54,718 nucleotides of DNA from a virus (taxonomy: Duplodnaviria > Caudoviricetes). The DNA lies in IMG/VR virus record IMGVR_UViG_3300042535_000010, positions 1 through 54,718 of that record. One strand, 5' to 3'. A program made the position numbers and the translations under genes. Under the pieces are notes generated by a model. That model had not been told where the DNA came from. It worked only from the letters and a program-made list of their open reading frames with translations, and made no database searches. Positions 26,525 through 35,322 of this stretch are shown in pieces (within the stretch, counting starts at the first letter, position 1; every line of letters begins with the position of its first letter).

Positions 26525-29041
26525 ATGAGCTATGCTGCGTTCCTTCGCGAGTACCCTCACCGGATTGCGCTTCGCGAAATAGGTAACGGATTCAAGGGCA
26601 AGGAGCCGATCGCGAACGGCTGGCAGACCTCGACCTTGACCGAGGACGACGTCCCGGGCCGGTACGGGATCCCGTGTGGGCGCCCGCTGCGCGACGGCTA
26701 CCTGGTCGTGATCGACGTCGACAGCGCGCCAGACCTCGCGATCCTAGAGCAGCGCTACGGCAAGCTGCCCACCACGCTCTCGGTCGCGACCGGGCAGGGC
26801 ACACACCTGTACTTCATCTCGCGCCGCCCCTGCGGCAACAGCACGCCCTGGGACAAGACCATCGCTGTGGATGTGCGCGGGCTTGGCGGCCAGGTCGTAG
26901 GAGCGGGCCAGCAGCACCACAGTGGGGCGCACTACAACGCGAACACGGCTGAGATCGCGTACCTGCCCGAGACCTGGCCCCTGCTCCCGCCCGGCGCGCA
27001 GCGCGAGCGCGGAGCCGTCTCGGCTCTGCCTGTGTCCCCTACGCTCGGCCAGATCAAGATGGCGGCCAGGCTCCTGGCCCCGTCTCAGGCCGCGTGGTTC
27101 GTCGCGCTCGCGTCCGGGCAGGTCATGCCCGGGTTCGAGAAGGGTAAGAAGACGCACGCGACCATGCTGTCGCTCGCGCTCGCGATGGTGGACGTCTGGG
27201 GCCCAGGTCTAGACCTGGAGCCGCTCGAGGACATGCTCTCGGTGAGCTGGCCCTCATACCTGAAGAACCGCGCGGACTTCGCGCGCGCCCTCGCAGGCGC
27301 CGCGGCCTCGTTCCAGGGGCAGCCGCTGCTCGCCGGGCCTATGCCGAAGGTCGAGCTCGCGCCCGCCGCACAGGAGCGAGAGCTGCCCTCTGGATCTGAC
27401 CTGCGCTCGCGAGCGGTCCAGAAAGGCACGCCTAAGGATCGCGCGCTCGTGATCCAGGCCATCGCAAGTGGCCGGCAGGTGGACCCGGGCGAGGCAGCCT
27501 ACGTGCTCCTGTGGGCGTTCCCCGGGCTCGCGCCGGACCAGGCGCAGCAGCTATGCCCAGCCATCGAACTCAGCCACTGCGCAGCCGCTACGCTGCGCCT
27601 GTCCGAGGAGAGCGCCGCGGCGCACCTGGCCGCGACCGAGGCTGAGGAAGCGAAGACGCTCAAGGCCGCGGAGAAGCGAGCGAAAGAGGCCGCGAAGAAA
27701 CAAGCGGCTGAGTCTGCCGCCGCGCGCGCGGCGAAGTTCACGGCCGAGGGCCTGGACCTGCGCCTGGACTCGAAGGGGCGCCCCGTCGACGGCATGGGCA
27801 ACATTGCCAAGATCCTGCGCGCGCGCGTACAGGTTCAGGTTCACGTGCGCGGGCGAGACGCGACCATAGGCTGGGACGGCGAGGCTGCGGAACACATCGG
27901 GCCGACGCACATCGCCGAGCAGATCGACCTCGCGTATGAGATGCCAGTGCGCCCGGGCGTGATCAAGGGCTGGCTTGAGGAAGCGGTGCTGAACACCGCC
28001 AACGAATATGACCCGATCGTGGGCTACCTGCAGGCCGCGAAGTGGGACGGGCGCGCGCGCCTGGACTCGTGGCTTGACGCGTTCGTGGCCCAGCCCACGA
28101 GCTACACGAGAGCCGTGGGCCGGTATCTGATCCTGGCCGCTGTCGCGCGCACGGTCGCACCTGGCTGCCACTTGGGCTACACGCCCGTGCTCATCGGCGA
28201 CGAGGGCACGGGCAAGTCCGGCATGCTGAACGCACTCTGCGCCGGCCTGGACGGGACCCGGTTTGGGCAGCGCAGCCGATTCGCAGGCCAGCCCACGAAC
28301 GGTATGGAGGGCAAGGATCTGATCCTCGCCCGGCACAAGGCCCTGATCTACGAGGACGCAGAGGCGGTGAACCACAGCCAGCGCGAGGCTGAGCAGTCGC
28401 GCGCGGACTTGAGCGCGGAAACGGACCTGGTCCGGCCCCCGTACGCGGCTCGTGCGCTGCTCATCCCGCGTCGGTTCGTGACTGTGATCACGACCAACCA
28501 TAAGCAAATACACGGAGATCGCGAGGGCCGGCGCTATGCCCCGGTGCACCTCAAGCGCTACCTGCTGGCGAACGGCAACCCAGACATCAAGCGCCGCTCG
28601 CGCGAGGTGGGCTCGATGCTGGAACAGCTGCACTCGGAGGCGACCCAGATCTGGGCCGAGGCCGTGGCCGTGTTCGCGGTCGAGGGCCTGCGCGCGCTCG
28701 AGTGTCTGCGTGCTGGCGAGGTCGCGGACCAGCTCGCAGCTGAGCAGAGCGACGCGCGCGAGTCCGGCGAGGAAGACATCGTGGCCGAGAACATCGAGCG
28801 CGCGCTCACGCAGGCGACCGAGGGCAAGGGCCTGCCGCTTGCGGACACCGCAAGCGCGGACCGATACGGGCGCGGGCAGGTGGTGAGCCTGACAGCGCTG
28901 GCCGAGGTCGCGCTAGGAATGAGCAAGGCCGACGCGATGCGAGCCGCGCGCAAGATAGGCAAGGTCATGTCTCGGCTTGGCTGGAGACGTGTGCACACAG
29001 GCACAGCCCGCGTTTGGCTTGCGCCGGGGGTCAAGGCGTGA
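26525..29041 (+). CDS. Bifunctional primase-polymerase fused to VirE/VapE-type helicase
   Basis: VVIDVD, TGQGTHLYF, DVRGLGGQVV; WDGRARLD, GDEGTGKS, RPPY, TTN; TTGCGC-N17-TACAGT-N6-ATG. Confidence 0.9.
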   Translation: MSYAAFLREYPHRIALREIGNGFKGKEPIANGWQTSTLTEDDVPGRYGIPCGRPLRDGYLVVIDVDSAPDLAILEQRYGKLPTTLSVATGQGTHLYFISRRPCGNSTPWDKTIAVDVRGLGGQVVGAGQQHHSGAHYNANTAEIAYLPETWPLLPPGAQRERGAVSALPVSPTLGQIKMAARLLAPSQAAWFVALASGQVMPGFEKGKKTHATMLSLALAMVDVWGPGLDLEPLEDMLSVSWPSYLKNRADFARALAGAAASFQGQPLLAGPMPKVELAPAAQERELPSGSDLRSRAVQKGTPKDRALVIQAIASGRQVDPGEAAYVLLWAFPGLAPDQAQQLCPAIELSHCAAATLRLSEESAAAHLAATEAEEAKTLKAAEKRAKEAAKKQAAESAAARAAKFTAEGLDLRLDSKGRPVDGMGNIAKILRARVQVQVHVRGRDATIGWDGEAAEHIGPTHIAEQIDLAYEMPVRPGVIKGWLEEAVLNTANEYDPIVGYLQAAKWDGRARLDSWLDAFVAQPTSYTRAVGRYLILAAVARTVAPGCHLGYTPVLIGDEGTGKSGMLNALCAGLDGTRFGQRSRFAGQPTNGMEGKDLILARHKALIYEDAEAVNHSQREAEQSRADLSAETDLVRPPYAARALLIPRRFVTVITTNHKQIHGDREGRRYAPVHLKRYLLANGNPDIKRRSREVGSMLEQLHSEATQIWAEAVAVFAVEGLRALECLRAGEVADQLAAEQSDARESGEEDIVAENIERALTQATEGKGLPLADTASADRYGRGQVVSLTALAEVALGMSKADAMRAARKIGKVMSRLGWRRVHTGTARVWLAPGVKA

Positions 29042-29056
29042 CAGGGTTCTCCCTGT

Positions 29057-29752
29057 ATGCAGTACCTCGGTGGCAAGACACGGATCGCGAAACAGATCGT
29101 AGCGCAACTGCCTGACGCCAAGTGTGTCTGGGAGCCGTTCTGTGGCGGTCTAAACATGACCCTCGAACTCGCGAAACGATATGAGTTCGTGGGTGCGTCG
29201 GACCTACACCCCGGTCCAATCGCGCTTGGTCAGGCGCTCAAGGACGGCTGGCAGCCGCCGATTGAGGTGTCTCGAGAGGACTGGTATGCCGCGAAGCTCC
29301 TGCCCGACACAGACCCGCGCAAGGCGTTCATCGGGTTTGGCTGCAGCTTCGGAGGTAAGTGGTTTGGGGGATACGCAAAGGATGACCCTGCGCACGGTTC
29401 TTATTTTGCTGGCGCCTGTGGTGCATTCTGCGAGCGTCTTAGACCTCTTACGACACGCATCGCGTTCGCACGCCTCGATTTCATGACACAGACCCCACAG
29501 CCCGGAATACCGCTCATCTACTGCGATCCTCCGTATGCAGGCACGACGGGATACGAGACCGGAGATTGGGATCCTGACGCGTTTTGGGCTCGCTGCCGAG
29601 AATGGGTTGCGCAGGGGTCTCGTGTGTTTGTGTCTGAGTATAGCGGCCAGGGGTTACTTGTGTGGGAGGGAAAACCACGCAAGAGCAGCATGAATAAAGG
29701 CGAGACCGGAGCGGTTACTGTGACAGAGCGCCTATACGAGGTCACGCTGTGA
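29057..29752 (+). CDS. D12-class N6-adenine DNA methyltransferase, copy 2
   Basis: MQYLGGK, EPFCGG, IYCDPPYAGTTGY; paralogue of 13819-14511. Confidence 0.9.
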   Translation: MQYLGGKTRIAKQIVAQLPDAKCVWEPFCGGLNMTLELAKRYEFVGASDLHPGPIALGQALKDGWQPPIEVSREDWYAAKLLPDTDPRKAFIGFGCSFGGKWFGGYAKDDPAHGSYFAGACGAFCERLRPLTTRIAFARLDFMTQTPQPGIPLIYCDPPYAGTTGYETGDWDPDAFWARCREWVAQGSRVFVSEYSGQGLLVWEGKPRKSSMNKGETGAVTVTERLYEVTL

Positions 29753-31848
29753 GAATAGCCTCATTCGACATGGAGTGGCTGGCCGGGCCTGACAAGTACG
29801 GCAGGATCTCTAGCTACTCCCTGGCCACGACCGAGGACGGCGCTAGCTGGACCAAACACATCGGGCTGTACCACGAACTCGAGACCTTGATCCCGACCCT
29901 GTTCGGTGACGAGTCCTGGCTCATCACAGGTACCTACCTGTGCTCGGACATCGGCCAGCTCCTGCATTGGTACCCGCACCACGCTCCTGTCATCTGGCGC
30001 GCACTCAAGGCATGCCGCGTGGTCGGGATCGATATCTGTCAGCTCTTGCTGGACATCCGGGACGGCGAGCTTGAGGAGGACAAGGAAGCCTTCTACAGCC
30101 TGGCCGGGCTCGCGCGTAAGTACAGGCATGAGATGCCTGAGAAAGACAACGGCTGGTGCACGCAGTTCGACTCGCTGCGCGAGATCCCGCCCGACCAGTG
30201 GCCCGAAAGCGCGCGCCGCTACGTACTGGATGACGCCGAGGTCCCGGGTAAGATCCTGCTTCAGATGCTGCAGGGGGACGCGCGCGGGCTACACCGCGCG
30301 GGCATCGAGACCGCCCACCAGGTCTGGCTGTATCAGACCGCGAACGAAGGCGTGCATGTCGACGGCGCGCGGCTCGCTGCGTCTGAGAAGATCGTGGATG
30401 AGTACCGCGAGAGCATCGTCGACAGCCTCACATTGACCCGGGTCGCGACAGCGGATGGCCAGGTACACGAGTTCCAGGACCCAAAAGCCGCGGCCGCGTT
30501 CCAGGCCGAGACCCGGGACAGCGAGCTGTGGCCTGCGCTCGTGCGCGTCGACAAGAAAGGCAAGCGCACCAAGGACAAGAAAGCGACCCAGCTCGCGGTC
30601 TGCCGCGCGTTCGAGGCCATGGGCAAGGTGCCCGCGCTCGCAGACGCAGGTGATGCGCTTGAGAAAGCCGGCCTGCTCGCCGCCGAGGACCGCTGGAAGT
30701 ACGTGAGCACGAACAAGGATCAGTGCCAGCTATCGACCGATCCGTTGCTCGTGACCTACACCGAGTACCTGACCTGCACGGGCGGGGGCGTCGGGGGTCG
30801 GCTGAAGGACCTGCGCGCAGCTTACGAGGCCGGCAGCAAGGTCTACACGAACCTGGCGCCCCTGGTCAGCACCGGGCGCACGAGCTCGCGCAAGGACAGC
30901 AAGGACCACGCTGATAGACGGCACTCGGTCCAACAGCAGAACTGGCACCGTGGCACGGTCAGTTGGGGTGCGAAGAAGATCAACCTGCGTCTGCGCGAGA
31001 TCATGACCCCGCCCCCAGGCTACGTGTTCGTGTGGTTCGACTTTTCCGCAGCGGAGATGCACACGCTGGCGCAGAGCTGCAAGGACCTGGTCGGGTACTC
31101 GAAGCTGGGCGAGCTGCTGAACCATCACGTGGACCCCCACGCATGGTTTGGTGGCATCGCGTTCGAGGGCCTGTACGCGCCGGACGGCGTGTACGGAATC
31201 GAGGCCGACAAGTGGATCGCGGACTACGTCATGAAGTCGCCGCGCAAGAAGGTGGTCCGGGACTCGGCCAAGCCCGTCAACTTCGGCCTGCCCGGCGGCA
31301 TGGGCCCGGACAAGTGGATCGTGTTCGCGCGCGTGCAGTATGACAAGCATTTCGATCGGCCAACCGCGGTGCGCCTGCGCGGTCAGTGGTTCTCGTGCCT
31401 GCCCGAGGTCAAGGAGATGCAGGGGTACACGAACAGCCTGCTGGGTGGGCGCGACGGTTGCGAGATCGTGCTCCCGCGCGGGGGCATCATCGGCGGTGGC
31501 AAGCGCTACACAGCCGCAAACAACTTCTGGTTTCAAGCACCTACAGCAGCCGGCGCAAAAGCCGCCATGCTCGAATGCGCGGCCCAATGCCAGGAGCCCG
31601 GCGCGCCATTGTACGGCTGGAAGCCCTGGAACTTCGTACACGATGAGGGCTGCTTCATAGCGCCGGCCGACCCCGAGATCGTGGACGCTGGAGCGCGCGA
31701 GCTCGTGCGCGTATGTGAGCCCGCGTTCAACTACTACTGCCCGGATTACCCAACGCACATCGAAGTCAGCGCAGGTAACGTCTGGACCAAGGATGATGCG
31801 GCCGGTTACAAAATCGGCTCGAAGAAGATCTGGCACTATGCTACCTAG
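29749..31848 (+). CDS. Family A DNA polymerase with 3'-5' exonuclease
   Basis: FDME (ExoI), TGRTSS, DFSAAE (motif A), RDSAKPVNFG (motif B), VHDE (motif C). Confidence 0.92.
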   Translation: MRIASFDMEWLAGPDKYGRISSYSLATTEDGASWTKHIGLYHELETLIPTLFGDESWLITGTYLCSDIGQLLHWYPHHAPVIWRALKACRVVGIDICQLLLDIRDGELEEDKEAFYSLAGLARKYRHEMPEKDNGWCTQFDSLREIPPDQWPESARRYVLDDAEVPGKILLQMLQGDARGLHRAGIETAHQVWLYQTANEGVHVDGARLAASEKIVDEYRESIVDSLTLTRVATADGQVHEFQDPKAAAAFQAETRDSELWPALVRVDKKGKRTKDKKATQLAVCRAFEAMGKVPALADAGDALEKAGLLAAEDRWKYVSTNKDQCQLSTDPLLVTYTEYLTCTGGGVGGRLKDLRAAYEAGSKVYTNLAPLVSTGRTSSRKDSKDHADRRHSVQQQNWHRGTVSWGAKKINLRLREIMTPPPGYVFVWFDFSAAEMHTLAQSCKDLVGYSKLGELLNHHVDPHAWFGGIAFEGLYAPDGVYGIEADKWIADYVMKSPRKKVVRDSAKPVNFGLPGGMGPDKWIVFARVQYDKHFDRPTAVRLRGQWFSCLPEVKEMQGYTNSLLGGRDGCEIVLPRGGIIGGGKRYTAANNFWFQAPTAAGAKAAMLECAAQCQEPGAPLYGWKPWNFVHDEGCFIAPADPEIVDAGARELVRVCEPAFNYYCPDYPTHIEVSAGNVWTKDDAAGYKIGSKKIWHYAT

Positions 31849-31854
31849 AGGGAT

Positions 31855-32883
31855 ATGAGCAAGCAAATCACAGAGCTACTGGCGCAGCATGTCGCGAAGG
31901 ACGAGAACCTGCGTGACAACAAGCAGGTACGCGCGCTCCTGCGCGACAACAAACGCCTGCGCGGGGTTATCGCCGCTGCGCATGGAATCCGGACCGAGAA
32001 CGTGGAGGTGCGCGCGTTCAAGAAAGTCTTGAGCACAGGCAAGCGCCGTGCTTGCGCCGTGGTCATGGCCTCCGACTGGCACGTAGGCGAGCGAGTGGAC
32101 CGGAAAAAGGTCGCAGGGATCAACCACTACAACCCCAAGATCGCAGCCTTCCGCGCCGAGCGGTTCTTCTCCGCCATCGTGCACATGATCGAGACCTACA
32201 AACAGTCCAACTGGGACATCCGGGATCTGGTCCTGTGCCTGAACGGAGACCTGATCTCGGGCTTCATTCATGAGGAGCTCAAGGAGAGCAACTTCATGTC
32301 CCCGACCAAGGAGACAGCCTACGCTGAGCGCCTGATCTCTGCCGGGCTCAAGTTCCTGGCCGAGTATCTGCCCGAGGTCAAGATCCACTGCGTGTGTCAG
32401 CCCGGCAACCACGGTCGGACCACACACAAGACCCAGCTCGCGACCTATGTAGAGAACTCGTTCGAGTGGCTGTGCTACTACTACCTGCGTGAGAAAAACC
32501 CACAGTGCACCTGGCAGATTGGCGCCGGCCTGCACTCGGTGTTCGACGCCTACGGCATGCGCGTGCATGTGCACCATGGTGACACGGTCCGCAGCCAGGG
32601 TGGCGTCGGCGGCATCCTCGTGCCTCTGAACAAAGCGCGCCTGGGCTGGGCAAAGAAATACAAGGCGCACATGTCCATGGTCGGACACTTCCACCAATAC
32701 ATGGACCTACCTTCGATCGTGGTGAATGGTTCGCTCATCGGCTACGGCTCCTACGCCGACTCCCTGCCCATGGCCGAGGCCGAGCCCCCGCAGCAGGCCT
32801 TTTTCCTGATCGACGAGAAGCGCGGCAAGTGCCAAAGCACACCGCTCTGGTGCGGCGACCCGAGCGCGGAGAAGACGCTATGA
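31855..32883 (+). CDS. Calcineurin-like metallophosphoesterase
   Basis: SDWH, GDLISG, GNHGR, HGD, GHFH motifs. Confidence 0.88.
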   Translation: MSKQITELLAQHVAKDENLRDNKQVRALLRDNKRLRGVIAAAHGIRTENVEVRAFKKVLSTGKRRACAVVMASDWHVGERVDRKKVAGINHYNPKIAAFRAERFFSAIVHMIETYKQSNWDIRDLVLCLNGDLISGFIHEELKESNFMSPTKETAYAERLISAGLKFLAEYLPEVKIHCVCQPGNHGRTTHKTQLATYVENSFEWLCYYYLREKNPQCTWQIGAGLHSVFDAYGMRVHVHHGDTVRSQGGVGGILVPLNKARLGWAKKYKAHMSMVGHFHQYMDLPSIVVNGSLIGYGSYADSLPMAEAEPPQQAFFLIDEKRGKCQSTPLWCGDPSAEKTL

Positions 32884-33158
32884 TCTCGCCCGATCTCGTC
32901 AACGCCCTGTTTGAGTGTTGGGGCGCGGTCTGCACCTGGCGCGACGTCGCGGCTCTGCGTCGGTCGCGCCAGGTGTCCGGTGTCCTGGCCTCCAGTCGGC
33001 TTTTCTTCGCCGCCTGGGGCGCCTGGAACCTGTACTTTTACCCCAGCGTCGGCGCGCCCCTGAGCGCGATCGCAGGCGCGGTCATCTTCGTGGGGAACGT
33101 GACCTGGTACACGCTGGCGATGAGGCTCAAATGGCACGATCGAAAACGCTCCAGCTAA
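32880..33158 (+). CDS. PQ-loop/SemiSWEET-like 3-TM membrane protein, copy 1
   Basis: MISPDLVNALFE...QVSGV...FFAAWGAWNLYFY. Confidence 0.6.
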   Translation: MISPDLVNALFECWGAVCTWRDVAALRRSRQVSGVLASSRLFFAAWGAWNLYFYPSVGAPLSAIAGAVIFVGNVTWYTLAMRLKWHDRKRSS

Positions 33159-33514
33159 GTGAGAACGGGGATAGCAAACTACTCGTGGCCTACTGTAAGG
33201 CCAAGAGCTATCCTGTGATCCACATCCCGAACGAGATCTTGGGCATCCTCGCCAAGCTCGGTCTGGTCGAACTCGCGGGACACCTGCGCGCTATGGGTGT
33301 AGGACAGCCTGGCTGGCCAGACTACATCATGATCGTGCGTGCGCGAGTGCGATTCATCGAGCTGAAGCGCGAGCACGGCGGCACTGTCAGTCCAGATCAG
33401 GTTCGCATGCTCGACGCCTTGCGCATGGCCGGCGCATCAGCCAAGGTGTGTCGTGGTTTCTTTGAGGCAAAGTCGCAAATAGAGAGGTGGGCAAGTGGCG
33501 AAGAAGAAAGCTAA
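33131..33514 (+). CDS. VRR-NUC-like endonuclease
   Basis: HIPNE, GWPD, FIELK, SPDQ. Confidence 0.85.
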   Translation: MARSKTLQLSENGDSKLLVAYCKAKSYPVIHIPNEILGILAKLGLVELAGHLRAMGVGQPGWPDYIMIVRARVRFIELKREHGGTVSPDQVRMLDALRMAGASAKVCRGFFEAKSQIERWASGEEES

Positions 33515-34115
33515 AGTCGAGGGTCTGGCCAAGTACCAGGAGCAGGCGCAGCCGTACGTACAGGAGGCGACCGGGATCCTGGCCGCGATCGCTGACGCGC
33601 AGGTAACGTGTCAGGCTGACGTAGACGCCATGACCGCGTTCCGTGCCGCGACCAGGAGCAAGCGCCTGCACGTGACCGAGCTCCGGGACTCGATCTTGGA
33701 TCCCATGACCGCCGCCGTGAAGGCCGTGCGCGGCGTGTTCAATCCCCCGATCGAGACCTACCAGACCGTCGAGTCTCAGCTCGAGGCCAAGATTCAGGCG
33801 CACGTCAAGGCGAGCCAGGCCGCGCTGCTCGCCGCAACCACTACCGAGGAGGTGCTCGCGACGCCCGCGCTCACACTCGCCGCAGGCACGCGCGTCATGC
33901 GCCGGACCGTGGTCGAGATCCAGGACCGTGACGCGTGCATGGAGGCACTCTGCGCGCGCTACCTGGTCTCGCGAGGATACCAGGTCTACAAGGAGGGCAT
34001 GGCCCAGTACGCGCCCGAGGGCTGCCTGCAGCTGGACGAGGTCGCGATTCGGCGCCTGCCCCACGACCAACTCCCGCCCGGCTGCGCCGCGGTGGAGAAG
34101 GAGACAATGTTATGA
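33495..34115 (+). CDS. Hypothetical helical phage protein
   Basis: In-operon overlap; coiled-coil character. Confidence 0.7.
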   Translation: MAKKKAKVEGLAKYQEQAQPYVQEATGILAAIADAQVTCQADVDAMTAFRAATRSKRLHVTELRDSILDPMTAAVKAVRGVFNPPIETYQTVESQLEAKIQAHVKASQAALLAATTTEEVLATPALTLAAGTRVMRRTVVEIQDRDACMEALCARYLVSRGYQVYKEGMAQYAPEGCLQLDEVAIRRLPHDQLPPGCAAVEKETML

Positions 34116-34567
34116 CCGAGACCAAGGACACGAACCCTAAGGACGCCCTGGGCTCGACCCGTGCCCCTATCTATCCTCCGCTCCCCGCGCTGACAGCCAT
34201 GATGCTCGCCCTTGCGGAGGGCGCGATCAAGTATGGCTGGTGGAACTGGACGAGCGCTGGCGTGCGCGCGAGCATCTACGTCGCGGCAGCAGCCAGGCAC
34301 CTGTTCAAGTGGTTTTTCGGCCAGGACAAGGACCCGGTCACGGGCGTGCACCATCTCGGCTACGTGATGGCGTGCTGCGCGATCCTGATCGATGCCGAGT
34401 GGCGCGCGAAGCTGGTGGATGATCGCCCGCCCGCGCTCCCTCGAATGGACGAGCTCTTTGCCCAGACCGAAGCCATCCTGAAGAACCTGGCCGCGACGAT
34501 GAAGCCGCAGCCAGGGGTCAGGGACTACACTAACCCTCAGCCAGAGGGCGTGCCACGAACACCCTGA
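34112..34567 (+). CDS. dATP/dGTP diphosphohydrolase-domain (DUF5664-like) protein
   Basis: NPKDALG, GAIKYGWWNW, AAARHL..W..GQDKDPVTGVHHLG. Confidence 0.85.
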   Translation: MTETKDTNPKDALGSTRAPIYPPLPALTAMMLALAEGAIKYGWWNWTSAGVRASIYVAAAARHLFKWFFGQDKDPVTGVHHLGYVMACCAILIDAEWRAKLVDDRPPALPRMDELFAQTEAILKNLAATMKPQPGVRDYTNPQPEGVPRTP

Positions 34568-34818
34568 ACGCATGCTGTGAGCTGATAGGCGCTGTGCTGG
34601 CATGGCACAGCGCCTATCTTGCGTGGCGCACGCCTCCTGCCGGGGTCTCGCCCTGGGCGCTGGCGTTCTCCGGCGTCTGGGCGATCGAGTGCGTGCCGTA
34701 CTACTGGGGCCACGGCGACACACTGAGCGCAGGTGTGGCGTGCGTCCGCTGCCTCGGCTGGTTGACGTGGTGCGGGCTATACCACGCGCACAGGCGCCGA
34801 GCGGGACGCGATCAGTAG
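34555..34818 (+). CDS. PQ-loop-like membrane protein, copy 2 (start uncertain)
   Basis: In-frame TLNACCELIGAVLAW aligns with LVNALFECWGAVCTW of copy 1. Confidence 0.5.
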   Translation, partial: TNTLNACCELIGAVLAWHSAYLAWRTPPAGVSPWALAFSGVWAIECVPYYWGHGDTLSAGVACVRCLGWLTWCGLYHAHRRRAGRDQ

Positions 34819-35283
34819 CCTGATCCGGCCGCCGCACGCGGAGTCGTGTCGGATAGCGCACCGGATCGCGGCCTTGACCTGGCGCGCAGCCGCGTCGAGT
34901 GTGCGCACTTCAGGCAGCGCGTCCAGGTACCCAAGCGCGTACTTGGCTCCGGACCCGAGCGCAGCCGAGCGTGTGCGTACGTTCACAACCCAGCCGTCAT
35001 TGTCGGTCGAGATGAGCTGACCCTTGGTCTGGTCATACACGAGCGCGCTCCAGCCCTCGCGCCTTCGGCGCAGCAGAGCGGGCCTGAGCTCGGCCCAGCT
35101 GTCGTGCTCGTCCGCGGCCGCCAGCACGAGCCCGAGGTGACCGGCGAGCGCGCCGCACATGCGCTCGCCGACGAACCACTTGCGGGCGTTGTCTGCCTCA
35201 ATGACCGACCCCGAGGTGCACCGACTATCGCACCCTATCACACATCCGACTCCAGGAACGCGAACGGCAGCAATGACGGTCAT
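34777..35283 (-). CDS. HslV/proteasome-beta-like Ntn hydrolase
   Basis: M-TVIAA (Thr1), GCDSR, K, AG, ALGSGAKYALG, DSACGG. Confidence 0.82.
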   Translation of the reverse strand: MTVIAAVRVPGVGCVIGCDSRCTSGSVIEADNARKWFVGERMCGALAGHLGLVLAAADEHDSWAELRPALLRRRREGWSALVYDQTKGQLISTDNDGWVVNVRTRSAALGSGAKYALGYLDALPEVRTLDAAARQVKAAIRCAIRHDSACGGRIRLLIASRSAPVRVV

Positions 35284-35322
35284 GGGGTGTAGTCTGACAC
35301 AGACCATGCTACACTTCCATGT

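Noticed and set aside
30730-32697. Long antisense ORFs (30730-31866, 31876-32697; also 27551-28633 and 20072-21085)
   Set aside because: Expected stop-poor antisense frames of GC-rich genes; no motifs or promoter signal
22256-34567. Z-genome (2-aminoadenine) system
   Set aside because: No PurZ/adenylosuccinate-synthetase-like ORF in the window, and three adenine methyltransferases suggest ordinary adenine
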